DNA of 57,189 nucleotides from a virus (Duplodnaviria; Caudoviricetes). Below the pieces are notes generated by a model. That model did not search any database, had not been told where the DNA came from, and saw only the letters and a program-made list of their open reading frames with translations. A program made the translations under genes and the position numbers. Location of the stretch: the IMG/VR virus record IMGVR_UViG_3300035703_000112, positions 1 to 57,189 of that record, one strand, 5' to 3'. Each line of letters begins with the position of its first letter. Position 1 is the stretch's first letter. Positions 18,268 through 28,077 of the stretch are shown piece by piece.

Positions 18268-18717
18268 ATGGCAATCGACCCACTGAAAAAGAAAAAACGT
18301 ATTAAGGTAAAGGTTAAAGCGGGTCAAGAAGCTCCATCTATCCCTGTTGGATATGAAAAAGACCCTGCTAAAAGTAAGTCTGGCAAAGACATTTACGTTA
18401 AAAAAACAACTACCGTAACGGCTTCTGATGCTGGTGTTGGACGTGAGGCTACTGCTGCTGAAAAGAAGGCTATGGTTGAGGGAACTTTTTATAGCTCAAA
18501 CAAGGCTCAATACCGTGATGGAGAATCTGTTAAAACAGATAAAAGCGAATTTATTGTTAAAAAGAAAGAGCCTAAATTTAAAGAAGATGGGCCATCTTTT
18601 ACAGGTAAAGAAAAAAGAGAAGCTCGTAGAGCTGAGAGGCAAATGAGATGTGCGGGTAAAAAGTTTAGTGTTGGTTGTAAAGTTGGTTCTGGTAGAGTTA
18701 GTAAAGCACGTTATTAA
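18268..18717 (+). CDS. Lysine-rich hypothetical protein
   Basis: MAIDPLKKKKRIKVKVKA... Confidence 0.6.
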   Translation: MAIDPLKKKKRIKVKVKAGQEAPSIPVGYEKDPAKSKSGKDIYVKKTTTVTASDAGVGREATAAEKKAMVEGTFYSSNKAQYRDGESVKTDKSEFIVKKKEPKFKEDGPSFTGKEKREARRAERQMRCAGKKFSVGCKVGSGRVSKARY

Positions 18718-18721
18718 TAAA

Positions 18722-18753
18722 TAGAGGTAGCTAGTTAAATCTAGCTACCTCTA
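18722..18753. terminator. Perfect 13-bp hairpin (terminator or processing site)
   Basis: TAGAGGTAGCTAG-TTAAAT-CTAGCTACCTCTA directly after a stop codon. Confidence 0.6.
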
Positions 18754-18777
18754 ATACCTAAAACAAAATAAATTTTT

Positions 18778-19443
18778 ATGTCTGAACTTAAGTGGGTTCA
18801 AGGCAAGGTAATAATCAGCGTAGATTTAGAGAGTAAAAATAGTCACACGTTTTCTGACGGGACTAAAATACGCATTGAACGCCAATGGAATAATTTAAAT
18901 AAAAGGGAAACTCATCCCGTAAATGCTACTGTAATAAGCGGTGATGGTATTAAGTCTGGTAGTCAGATATTAATTCATCCAAACATGACTCACGATACTT
19001 ACAGGGTATTTGATTTCACACCATTATCTGGTGAAATTGAGGGAAGTGATATGAGATATTATTCTATACCTTCTGAACAATGTTACGCTTGGCTTGATGG
19101 TGATACTTGGAAGCCATTAAAGGGGTTTGATTTTGGATTGAGAGTTTTTATGCCATATGAAGGCAAGTTGTCCGGAATCGAGCCATCACTTATTAATGAT
19201 GTTCTTTATGTTACAACAGGTGAATTTAATGGTAAGATAGTTCATACACTTAAGGCTTGTGATTATGAAATTATATTTCAGGGAACTAATGGTCAAGAAG
19301 ATAGATTGATACGATTTAGGCATTTCCCTGACGAAGAAAATGAAAGGGAAGAGGTAATAGCTATAGATGATTATTTGACTGATAAGTTGAATAAAGGTGA
19401 ATTGCTCGTAGGTTTAACTCCAACTAAAGCCAAAACAATATGA
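18778..19443 (+). CDS. GroES-like-fold phage protein upstream of the terminase
   Basis: ATVIS.DGIKSGSQILIHPN...YYSIP...CYA...WKPL; resembles the two-domain Cpn10-like proteins of Bacteroidota phages. Confidence 0.5.
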   Translation: MSELKWVQGKVIISVDLESKNSHTFSDGTKIRIERQWNNLNKRETHPVNATVISGDGIKSGSQILIHPNMTHDTYRVFDFTPLSGEIEGSDMRYYSIPSEQCYAWLDGDTWKPLKGFDFGLRVFMPYEGKLSGIEPSLINDVLYVTTGEFNGKIVHTLKACDYEIIFQGTNGQEDRLIRFRHFPDEENEREEVIAIDDYLTDKLNKGELLVGLTPTKAKTI

Positions 19444-19778
19444 ATGACGCTGTAAAAAGTATTATTGAAAAAGAAATTGAAGACTTGAGGTCTAGATTGA
19501 AATCATACGAAGAGAATGGTGCTGCTAAATTATTTTATTCATTACAAAGAAAGGCTAATGAAATGGCTGATTTGTTGAATGGTAATAGTTTGGCTAGGAT
19601 AAATCTAGATGACCCAAAGGATAAAAGTTTTGATAGGATTTTTAAGATTTTAGAAAAAAGCCAAACGGTAAGTGAATCTATTAGAAGTTTAAGAGACGCT
19701 GCTGGTATCACTGGCAATGAAAAAGCTGACGTAGAAAAGAAACCATTTTTGGATAGAATAGCTGAAAAAAGAGATTAA
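19440..19778 (+). CDS. Putative terminase small subunit
   Basis: Helical 112-aa protein just upstream of terL; call is positional. Confidence 0.45.
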   Translation: MNDAVKSIIEKEIEDLRSRLKSYEENGAAKLFYSLQRKANEMADLLNGNSLARINLDDPKDKSFDRIFKILEKSQTVSESIRSLRDAAGITGNEKADVEKKPFLDRIAEKRD

Positions 19779-19779
19779 T

Positions 19780-19902
19780 ATGGCAAAGGGGAGTAGTTCA
19801 TCAACAAAAATAACCTTTGGCGCTAGAAAAGGCGGCAAACCTCGTAAAAGTCGAAATAAGCACGATAAAAAGGAACGTAACTATCGTGGGCAGGGCAGAT
19901 AA
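19780..19902 (+). CDS. Small basic protein (40 aa) ending in YRGQGR
   Basis: Translated by hand: MAKGSSSSTKITFGARKGGKPRKSRNKHDKKERNYRGQGR. Confidence 0.65.
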   Translation: MAKGSSSSTKITFGARKGGKPRKSRNKHDKKERNYRGQGR

Positions 19903-19904
19903 TT

Positions 19905-21968
19905 ATGTCTGATTTTGATATTATATACGGCCACAAAATAAAGTTACCTCCATGTCCATCGGATGAGGAAGTAATTAATTATGGACTTCCGGAAGATGAC
20001 CAGATGTGGGTTAGGGAAGAACTACCTTCATATTTTGAAAGAGTAGAATACAATAAGGCCGGAGACCTGATATTGACTGAAGCTCAAGAGGACTATGCGA
20101 CTAGGGAATTGATGAGGTGTAAAAATGGAGTTTGGATTTTCATAAAAGGGAAGCCATACTACATAACCAAAAAGTACTATTTCTATTTACAGTGGTGGAC
20201 ACTTGAGGATGGCTCTAGGCCGGAATACAGGGATTGCGATAGAAGATATTTCATATACTTAGAGCATTGGGAAAATGTACTGTGGTGTCTTGGAATCATA
20301 AGAGGTAAAAAGCGACGTGAAGGTGCTTCTTCCCAAGCAACATCAAATCTTGTATACGACGCTATATTTTATAAGAACTCAAACTGCGGACTTATATCTA
20401 AGTCCAATGAAGACGGTAGAGCTACCTTTACTGAGATGGTTGCCTATGGCTATAGGCAGTTACCTGCTTTCTTGAAGCCTAAGCAGATGAATCGTGAAGA
20501 TAGCGTTACTGAATTGGTTTTTGCCCAAAAATCTTCTAACGTAAAGGATGGAGTAGCTGCTACACAAAAAGATGATGAAGGTAATAGGTCTAAAATCAAT
20601 TATCGAGCTCCAGTACTAAACGCATATGACCGTGGTCGTATGAGCAGGATATTATTGGATGAGTTTGGTAAGTTAGAAAAGGATGTCCCAGCTTCACAAT
20701 TATTTGCTATCGTTTCAAAAACCCTTGTGAAAGGGGTAAAAAGGGTTGGATTTGTTGAAATGCCTTCTACGGTCAACAAGATGACTAAAGGTGGCTCTGA
20801 GTTTAAAATGCTGTGGGAGAATGCTGATTTAGGGAAAAGGACACCTACCGTAAACAGGCTTGTAAGATACTTTAGTCCAGCTTTCGATGGATATGAAGGT
20901 TTTATCGATAAGTATGGTTTTAGTGTCATGGATTCCCCCACAGAAGAACAGGCACAATATCTAATTGAAAAGTGGGTTAGAAAAGATGAGGATGGGAACA
21001 CAATAAGTGAACTTTCAGAAGAAGACATTAGGCTTGGAGCAAGAGCTTACATTCAGAAAAGAAGGGAGGGGCGGAAGGGTGATGACTTAGAGGAAGAGAT
21101 TCGTATGAATCCATGCAACGAGGTTGAGCTGTTTATGTCAGCTAATGCGGATTGCATTTTTAATGTTATGAAGATTAATGAAAGAGTTGAATATCTTAAA
21201 AATAATAACATATATAAGCGTAAGTTATTGTTTTACAGGGATATAGACCAAAAGGTTAAGTGGAGAGATGCGAAAGAAACTGAAGAAAATTTTTGTTGGG
21301 AATTTGTGGGGGATTTGAATTTAAGGGGAGAAGATAACAAGTCATATTGGGATGGGCCATTTAAAAAACCATCTAGAACTGATATAGGAGTTATCGGATT
21401 GGATAGCTATTCAAATAGTCAGGGCGGTAAAAAGTACGGCTCAAAAGCATCTGCTTGGGTTTACTTAAAATATGATTTGAAAGACCCTGTAAACACTGGG
21501 CTATTTACAGGCCATTTATATGGCAGACCTATAGAGAAGGATGACCTGCATAATCAGGTAATGCTTTGCGCAGAATATTTGGGATACCAGATTTACATAG
21601 AATTTGTGGCTGATGATTACTATTCTTATTATAAGGATAGAGGTAGATTGGGATACCTAGCAAAATTTCCCTTAAATGCCATTGACCCTAACAGGCGAAA
21701 AACAGGTTCATTTGATAGGCACTACGGCTTCCCTGTAACTGATTTTGCTATGACTAAGCAGAATGATGCCATGATTAGTTATGTGGAACACTATTGCGAT
21801 AAAATATATTGGATTGAACTTTTGGAAGATTTAAAGGTCTATGACCCTTCAAAGCGTACCCCAAGTGACCGTACTGTAAGTGCTATGATTGCGCTGGTCG
21901 GAGGCTTAGAGCCAGTATACAAACCACCTCCCCCAAGAGAACCACTTGTAAAGGTTTATCCACGATAA
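19905..21968 (+). CDS. terL: Terminase large subunit
   Basis: KKRREGAS (Walker A), ILLDEFGK (Walker B), IGLDSY and SDRTVS nuclease acidic residues. Confidence 0.9.
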   Translation: MSDFDIIYGHKIKLPPCPSDEEVINYGLPEDDQMWVREELPSYFERVEYNKAGDLILTEAQEDYATRELMRCKNGVWIFIKGKPYYITKKYYFYLQWWTLEDGSRPEYRDCDRRYFIYLEHWENVLWCLGIIRGKKRREGASSQATSNLVYDAIFYKNSNCGLISKSNEDGRATFTEMVAYGYRQLPAFLKPKQMNREDSVTELVFAQKSSNVKDGVAATQKDDEGNRSKINYRAPVLNAYDRGRMSRILLDEFGKLEKDVPASQLFAIVSKTLVKGVKRVGFVEMPSTVNKMTKGGSEFKMLWENADLGKRTPTVNRLVRYFSPAFDGYEGFIDKYGFSVMDSPTEEQAQYLIEKWVRKDEDGNTISELSEEDIRLGARAYIQKRREGRKGDDLEEEIRMNPCNEVELFMSANADCIFNVMKINERVEYLKNNNIYKRKLLFYRDIDQKVKWRDAKETEENFCWEFVGDLNLRGEDNKSYWDGPFKKPSRTDIGVIGLDSYSNSQGGKKYGSKASAWVYLKYDLKDPVNTGLFTGHLYGRPIEKDDLHNQVMLCAEYLGYQIYIEFVADDYYSYYKDRGRLGYLAKFPLNAIDPNRRKTGSFDRHYGFPVTDFAMTKQNDAMISYVEHYCDKIYWIELLEDLKVYDPSKRTPSDRTVSAMIALVGGLEPVYKPPPPREPLVKVYPR

Positions 21969-22039
21969 AAAAAATTTTTTGATAAAAAAACTTATATTTG
22001 TTCTGGAATAGTGGGTTAATTTTTATTAAAAAATTGTAG

Positions 22040-24487
22040 ATGCAGCAGAATTCTGCACAAATACTAAAGGATTTCCAGCTCAACAATTTATCTATTAAAG
22101 ATAAATCTGACTGGGATTACGGCAAGCAACTTGCTCAATATATTAATACTACAATAACTGGAGGTATATCTAGTTATTTCTGGGTTCGAAATGCTCGTTG
22201 GCGTACTAATCGTGGTTACGCTAATGGTCGTGTGCCTATGAGCAAATTCCAAGATTTGCTTGAATTCAATGGCAAGATAAACTATATAAATATTAATTGG
22301 CAGTCAATCAATGTCGTTAATCGTGTTGTATCTGGTTTGGTTGGTCGTTGGATGAGTAGAAGCGAAAAGATTAGAGTTACTGCCATAGATTCCCTATCAG
22401 TAAAACAGAAGAAAGACCAATTAGATGAGATTGAGTTCATGGTTAGTAATAGGGAAGAGCTAGAGCAATTGGAGGCTGAAGCTGGTATTCAGATTATCCC
22501 AAAGCATGAGCAACTCCCGGCTGACAAAGAAGAACTTTTGATTTGGAAAGAGCAGTTCCAGCGTTTGCCTGAAGAAATAGAGTATGAAATGTCTTGCAAT
22601 GACATTCTTGCTGCTAATGGATTTTTTGATGTCATGAAGGAAAAAATGCTTCATGATTCTGCTACTACAGGTTTTGTTGGTACTTATACTTATATGGATG
22701 ACCAAGGGGTCGTTCACGTTGAACTGTTGAAGCCAGAGAACTGCTTTTATTCTTATTCTAACTATAATGATTTCCGGGATACCACTTGGCGTGGAGTAAT
22801 CCGTACCCTAAAAATTAGTGAAATACGTCGTAGATATGGTAAGGAGTTTGGCGGTAAGTTAACTGAAGAAGAAATCTGGAAAATTGCTCAGTTTGCTAAA
22901 GAATTCCAATTGTATGATAATATTACTTGGCTTACTGAGTGGAATGTAACTTTCCTTCGTCCTTATGATGAATGGAATATTGATATTTTGGAATTTGAGC
23001 TCAAGACTGTAGATAGCGAACCATATACCGTAGTTACTACAAAGAAGAATAAGAGCACCATTGTAAAGAAGGGAAGACCTGAAAAGGTTGCAGAAAATGA
23101 GGAAGTTATCGCTGATACTCATTGGAATATATATCGTGGAGTATTTTGTCGCCAACTTAATCTGATGCTTGATTGGGGTATCAAGAAAAATATGATTCGC
23201 CCCGAAGACCCTAAAGAGGTAGGTAATGCAGAGTTCTCATATAGTTTCTATATGGTTCAGAACTATGACATGACTTCCCTCGCTATCCCAGAAAAGATTC
23301 AAGAGCCAGTTGACCAAATGATTATTGCTCGTCTAAAGATGCAGCAATTGGTGGCTAAAATGCGCCCAGTGGGTTCTCTCATTAACTGGGACGCTCTTCA
23401 AAATATTGATTACGGATTGGGAGATGGTAATAAAGCAATTGACGTAAAGAAATTGTACGACCAAACGGGTGACCTTTATTATCGAGGCAAAGACGCTGAA
23501 GGGAACCCAGTACCTGTACCTGTAACAGAATTGGCTAATTCAGGGTTCCTGAGTCAGCTTCAGGGTCTTATTTTGCTTTATGACAAGCACTATTCAATCC
23601 TTAAAGATGAATTAGGGGAAGACCCGAACTTGATTTCCCAAGCCATCCAGCCACGAGTTGCTGTATCTAATATCGATACTGCTCAGCAAGCTGCTCAGTT
23701 TGCTACTGACTATTTCTATTGGGCATATACAAACTGTATCGCTGAAACTGCTAAGAAGATTTCATGCCTTCTTAAGAATTCAGTTAAGTATGGTGCTGAT
23801 GCATATCGTGGTATGAATAAGCAAAAGCTTGCAGGTAAGATGTTTTCGACTAGAATTCAACTTCTACCTGACCAAGGGGAACTTATGCGCTTTGAGGCTT
23901 TGCTTAACCAAACTCTGGCAACTAACCCAGATTTTGTTATGTATGTAGACCCATTCCAAATTATGCGTGTAGCTAAGGAAGATGTTAAATTAGCAGAAGC
24001 TTTATTCCGTCGTGCCCAGAAGAAAATGATTGTTACTCAGCAGGAGATGGCTATGCAAAATCAGCAAATAACCTTCCAAGGTCAAATGCAAGCTGCTCAA
24101 GCTGCTGAAGAGGCAAAACGTCAAACGAAAGAATTGGAGGGCCAGATTGATATCAAGCGAGCTCAAATGACAGCAGAAGCACAGAATCGTACTAGCGTAT
24201 TGCAAATGGCTACGGCTTTGTATTTAAAGATGCAAGAAACTGGACAACCAATTCCCGCAGAACTGCAACCACTTATCCAAGCAGTTATGGAGAATGTAGG
24301 TCTGGCTGCTGTGGTTTCAACAGATGAGCAAAAGCAAATGATTGCAGCTCAAATGCAAGCAGCACAACAACAGGCGATGATGGAACAGCAAGCTATGCAA
24401 GAGCAAGGTCAAATTCCTGAAGGGGAAATGCCACCACAAGAAGAAGCTCCACTTCCCGAAGAACAAGAAATTCCCCAGCAACAATAA
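22040..24487 (+). CDS. Portal protein
   Basis: 815 aa directly after terL; helical with a Q-rich C-terminal barrel; crAss-like podovirus portal layout. Confidence 0.82.
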   Translation: MQQNSAQILKDFQLNNLSIKDKSDWDYGKQLAQYINTTITGGISSYFWVRNARWRTNRGYANGRVPMSKFQDLLEFNGKINYININWQSINVVNRVVSGLVGRWMSRSEKIRVTAIDSLSVKQKKDQLDEIEFMVSNREELEQLEAEAGIQIIPKHEQLPADKEELLIWKEQFQRLPEEIEYEMSCNDILAANGFFDVMKEKMLHDSATTGFVGTYTYMDDQGVVHVELLKPENCFYSYSNYNDFRDTTWRGVIRTLKISEIRRRYGKEFGGKLTEEEIWKIAQFAKEFQLYDNITWLTEWNVTFLRPYDEWNIDILEFELKTVDSEPYTVVTTKKNKSTIVKKGRPEKVAENEEVIADTHWNIYRGVFCRQLNLMLDWGIKKNMIRPEDPKEVGNAEFSYSFYMVQNYDMTSLAIPEKIQEPVDQMIIARLKMQQLVAKMRPVGSLINWDALQNIDYGLGDGNKAIDVKKLYDQTGDLYYRGKDAEGNPVPVPVTELANSGFLSQLQGLILLYDKHYSILKDELGEDPNLISQAIQPRVAVSNIDTAQQAAQFATDYFYWAYTNCIAETAKKISCLLKNSVKYGADAYRGMNKQKLAGKMFSTRIQLLPDQGELMRFEALLNQTLATNPDFVMYVDPFQIMRVAKEDVKLAEALFRRAQKKMIVTQQEMAMQNQQITFQGQMQAAQAAEEAKRQTKELEGQIDIKRAQMTAEAQNRTSVLQMATALYLKMQETGQPIPAELQPLIQAVMENVGLAAVVSTDEQKQMIAAQMQAAQQQAMMEQQAMQEQGQIPEGEMPPQEEAPLPEEQEIPQQQ

Positions 24488-24518
24488 AAAATCTTAAATT
24501 TGTATAAAATATATTATA

Positions 24519-24788
24519 ATGCCAACAATTAATTTCACAAATCAGGTTGCATCACAAGCTTTACGTGGTCAAAATGTTGTTGTTTCTTTGGATGCAACAG
24601 AATCTGCTGATTTATCTCAACTTGAAGTAGGGATGGAGTGCCAAGAAGATGTATTTTCTACTATTGGATATATATCAAGTATTGATTTATATGGACATTC
24701 TTTCGAAGTAGCTCCTGCTCAGCCAGATTTTGTTTTTGGAGGGGAAGGGTATTTGCCTGCTACTGCAATCATTGACGTAACAATTTAA
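24519..24788 (+). CDS. Small virion-associated protein
   Basis: QALRGQNVVV...GYISSIDLYGHSF.VAP.QPDF; preceded by TAAATTTG (24495-24502). Confidence 0.6.
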   Translation: MPTINFTNQVASQALRGQNVVVSLDATESADLSQLEVGMECQEDVFSTIGYISSIDLYGHSFEVAPAQPDFVFGGEGYLPATAIIDVTI

Positions 24789-24798
24789 ATTATAAAAA

Positions 24799-25176
24799 AT
24801 GTCAGTTCAAATTGTTTTAGATGTAACTAATGAATATACTACTGGTTCTGAATCTGGAACTGCTCGTTTAGCCAAATTAGACATTGGTGGATTTGATTAT
24901 GCAGTTGTTCAGGTTGTCAGCCCTACCGCAGCCGTATCATTTACGAATACAAATGATTCTGGAGATATCCAAGGAGTGTCTGACGGTAGTGCTGTTTCGG
25001 CTACAAATGCAGTTACTGTTCAAGGAACAAATCTAGCAAACGGTAGTGCGGTATCTTCTTTAGCAGCTAGCGGTCTTGTACGGTTTCAGTCTATTGGTCG
25101 ATATTTATTTATAGATGGTACTGCGACTAGTGCAGATATTACTAAACTTCTTGTTCGTCTTTATAAAATTCATTGA
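24799..25176 (+). CDS. Beta-sandwich virion (decoration-like) protein
   Basis: Ser/Thr/Gly/Ala-rich 125 aa in the head module. Confidence 0.5.
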   Translation: MSVQIVLDVTNEYTTGSESGTARLAKLDIGGFDYAVVQVVSPTAAVSFTNTNDSGDIQGVSDGSAVSATNAVTVQGTNLANGSAVSSLAASGLVRFQSIGRYLFIDGTATSADITKLLVRLYKIH

Positions 25177-25178
25177 TA

Positions 25179-25526
25179 ATGATATCTGTAACCAGCATAC
25201 TTTCTTACCAAGCTCTTAGGGGTCAATCCGTAAGAGTTTATTTGAGTAACTCAGATTCCTCTATTCTGGGTTCATTGTATGTAGGACAGATTATAGAGAT
25301 TAATTCAACGAATGTTTTAGGTTATATTGTAAGCGTAGATGAATACGGGAGAAGTTTCTTGATTTCCCCAATACAACCTAATTTTACATTAGAATCTGCC
25401 GGGACTCCCGGATATTTTGATGCTGGGGAAATTGTATATATTGATGGACAATTAAACTTGCTTTTGCAGGAAGATGATTATGCTCTTCTTCAAGAAGATG
25501 GGGGAGCAATTTTACTAGAAAATTAA
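25179..25526 (+). CDS. Paralog of 24519..24788 with a C-terminal LLQED repeat
   Basis: QALRGQSVRV...GYIVSVDEYGRSF.ISP.QPNF; LLQEDDYALLQEDGGAILLE. Confidence 0.6.
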   Translation: MISVTSILSYQALRGQSVRVYLSNSDSSILGSLYVGQIIEINSTNVLGYIVSVDEYGRSFLISPIQPNFTLESAGTPGYFDAGEIVYIDGQLNLLLQEDDYALLQEDGGAILLEN

Positions 25527-25532
25527 AAAATA

Positions 25533-25991
25533 ATGGCTGATAAATCAATATCCCAACTCATTAGTGCTTCCACTCCTCTCGCAGGGTCTGAAGAATTGGC
25601 GATTGTACAGAGTGGAAGTACAGTGAAAGCAACAGCTCAGGACATTGCTGACTTGGCTGCTGGCATTCCTTACAAAAGTTATGTAGCAATAGTTAACCAA
25701 TCTGGTACAAATAACCCTACGGTTTCAGTTCTTGAAAATACTATTGGTACTATGACTGTAACAAGAAATGCCGTAGGAGTTTATTATTTTGCATCTTCTG
25801 GATTTGGTGGATTTGCTGGGAATAATAAAGTTGTTGTTTTAATTACAAATGGGCAAAGCACAACAGGTTTGTATCAAGGACAATATGTTCCTCCTATTGG
25901 AACAGTTACAGTTACTTCTCTTAATACATCAAATTCTGCTACTGACGGATTACTTAGTAATGCAACTATTGAAATTCGCTTATACCCCTAA
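25533..25991 (+). CDS. Head fibre/appendage-like protein
   Basis: MADKSISQL...LAGSEELAIVQSGSTVKAT N-terminus, then a YKSYVA...QSGT..P...LENTIG domain. Confidence 0.55.
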   Translation: MADKSISQLISASTPLAGSEELAIVQSGSTVKATAQDIADLAAGIPYKSYVAIVNQSGTNNPTVSVLENTIGTMTVTRNAVGVYYFASSGFGGFAGNNKVVVLITNGQSTTGLYQGQYVPPIGTVTVTSLNTSNSATDGLLSNATIEIRLYP

Positions 25992-26002
25992 AACCTAAAT
26001 AA

Positions 26003-26155
26003 ATGAAAGAGATGATTAAACGTGCAGATGGTTCTTACTCGCAAAGAGGTCTTTGGGATAATATCCGTGCGAATAAGGGAAGTGGTAAAGAACCTACCAA
26101 AGAAATGTTGAAGCAGGAGAAAAAAATTAAATTAAAGGTTAAAAAGAAAAACTAA
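26003..26155 (+). CDS. Small basic protein (50 aa)
   Basis: Translated by hand: MKEMIKRADGSYSQRGLWDNIRANKGSGKEPTKEMLKQEKKIKLKVKKKN. Confidence 0.7.
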   Translation: MKEMIKRADGSYSQRGLWDNIRANKGSGKEPTKEMLKQEKKIKLKVKKKN

Positions 26156-26159
26156 TTTT

Positions 26160-26387
26160 ATGAAAATAAAATTAAAAGTAAAAAAGCAATCAGAAATTGG
26201 TAATGATAAAGGTGCTTTGAGAGCGGCAAAGCAAGGAGCCAAAGCGCAAGTAAAGTCTGAATTTAAGGCCAAGGTAGCTGAGGCAAAATCTGATATGCCT
26301 AAAAAAGAAGCTAAAATGGTTATCGGGAAAGAGCGTAAAAACTATATGGCTGCTAAGAAAGAAATTAGAAAATACACAGATTACTAA
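26160..26387 (+). CDS. Small lysine/alanine-rich protein
   Basis: MKIKLKVKKQ... Confidence 0.6.
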   Translation: MKIKLKVKKQSEIGNDKGALRAAKQGAKAQVKSEFKAKVAEAKSDMPKKEAKMVIGKERKNYMAAKKEIRKYTDY

Positions 26388-26397
26388 AAAAAATAAA

Positions 26398-26814
26398 ATG
26401 GCTACTGTTTTTAAAGTTCGGGAAGATATGGCTAAGTCTAAAATGACTCCAGAGGATATTCAGTCTAAACTTTTTTATTTGTCTGATGCAGCTCACAAGC
26501 TACATTTAGATACAAAATCTTATGCTGAGCATAAAGCTTTAGGTAAACTGTATGAAGGTCTTATTGGATTTCGTGATGAAATTTCTGAAAAGCTGATGGG
26601 GTATATGAATGGGAAGCGCATTGGAGGGTTTTCTGTTGGTAAACTTCCTGAATATTCTGCTGGGGAATCAATGAAATTAGCTGATGAGGTTGTTGACTTC
26701 GCTAAAGATTTGTGTGATTATGCAGCTGCTAACAAATTTATTGATTTGGAAAACGTAGGTCAAAGCTTAAGTGGCCTTGGAGCTCAAACCAAATATCTTC
26801 TCACTCTTAAGTAA
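26398..26814 (+). CDS. Ferritin/Dps-like protein (DUF5856-like)
   Basis: AHKLHLDTKSYAEHKALGKLYE...D...E..MG...YLLTL. Confidence 0.75.
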   Translation: MATVFKVREDMAKSKMTPEDIQSKLFYLSDAAHKLHLDTKSYAEHKALGKLYEGLIGFRDEISEKLMGYMNGKRIGGFSVGKLPEYSAGESMKLADEVVDFAKDLCDYAAANKFIDLENVGQSLSGLGAQTKYLLTLK

Positions 26815-26839
26815 TTTATTTCTAACCTAAAATATAATC

Positions 26840-28045
26840 ATGTCTGAAACAACACAAAATTTGCAGCAAGAATCAACAGAACAGGTACAACAGCCATCTG
26901 CTGAGCAAAGTCAACAGCCATCATTTAATCCTTTTTCTGATAGCAGTTGGGTGACCCCATCTGAAGATGGTAATATCAACTTTGCTTCTGAGGCCACCTC
27001 TTCCCAGCAACCTACATCAACAGAAGAAGAATACGAAGAAGAAATCGTAGAACCTTCTGAATGGCTTAAGCGTGAATTTAATTGGGAAAGTGTTGACGCT
27101 GCAAAACAAGAACTTGAGGAGCTTCGGAAACTTAAAGAATCTAGTGTAGAAAGTGAAGTAGAGTTTGAAAATGAAGAAAGTTTAAATCTTTTCCGTTTAT
27201 TTAAAGAAGGTAAACAGGATGAGGTATATAGTTATTTAGAGACTCGTCGTAAACTTAATAGTTTGATTGACGGGGAATTGAATAGAGATTCTGCTGTTGA
27301 AATCGTAAAGATGAACATGCGGAATAGCTATCCTGATTTAACCAAAGAAGAAATTGAGTTTCAGTTTAATCGAAACTTTGGTGTTCCCGCAAAACCAGTC
27401 CAAAAAGATATCGAGACTGACGAGGAGTATCAAGAGCGTTTGGATACTTGGCAAAATCAAGTAAAAGAAGCTGAAACAGAACTAATGATTGAAGCAAAGC
27501 TGGCTAAACCAGATTTGCAGAAATATCGTAATGAGCTAGTTTTTCCAGAAATAGAAGATGGTCGCAGTTCTTATGAGCCAACCCAAGAAGAATTGGAGGC
27601 TCAGTCGAAACTTGTAGACTATTTCAAAAACTCTGCTAATGATGCTCTTTCATCTTTTGATGGGTTTAGCGTTTCGGTTAAAGACGAAGAAGTCGACATA
27701 CCGTTGTCTTACGCTATCTCCCAAGAAGAGAAAGGTGTTGTTGCACAGCAACTTGAACGGTTTGCTGATTCAGGATTTGATGCAAATGTAATCTTGGCTG
27801 AAAGGTGGTTGACGCAAGACGGAAACATCAACACAAATCAAATTGTAAAAGATTTGGCTTTGTTGTTAAGTGAGGGGAAGATGAGTCAGAAGTTTGTGAA
27901 CGAGGCTGCTTCAAAGCGTCTCGCTGAACACATTCGTCGGACTAGTAACATTAATGTTACTTCCCGAACCCCACAGAATACCTTCAGCCCAGAATCCAAA
28001 TCTGACAGGGATAAGCAAATTGAATATATCTGGAAGAATAGTTGA
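26840..28045 (+). CDS. Putative capsid scaffolding protein
   Basis: Very acidic, helical 401 aa immediately upstream of the major capsid gene. Confidence 0.65.
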   Translation: MSETTQNLQQESTEQVQQPSAEQSQQPSFNPFSDSSWVTPSEDGNINFASEATSSQQPTSTEEEYEEEIVEPSEWLKREFNWESVDAAKQELEELRKLKESSVESEVEFENEESLNLFRLFKEGKQDEVYSYLETRRKLNSLIDGELNRDSAVEIVKMNMRNSYPDLTKEEIEFQFNRNFGVPAKPVQKDIETDEEYQERLDTWQNQVKEAETELMIEAKLAKPDLQKYRNELVFPEIEDGRSSYEPTQEELEAQSKLVDYFKNSANDALSSFDGFSVSVKDEEVDIPLSYAISQEEKGVVAQQLERFADSGFDANVILAERWLTQDGNINTNQIVKDLALLLSEGKMSQKFVNEAASKRLAEHIRRTSNINVTSRTPQNTFSPESKSDRDKQIEYIWKNS

Positions 28046-28077
28046 TATATATTCAATAACAATTAAAATTTAACAAA

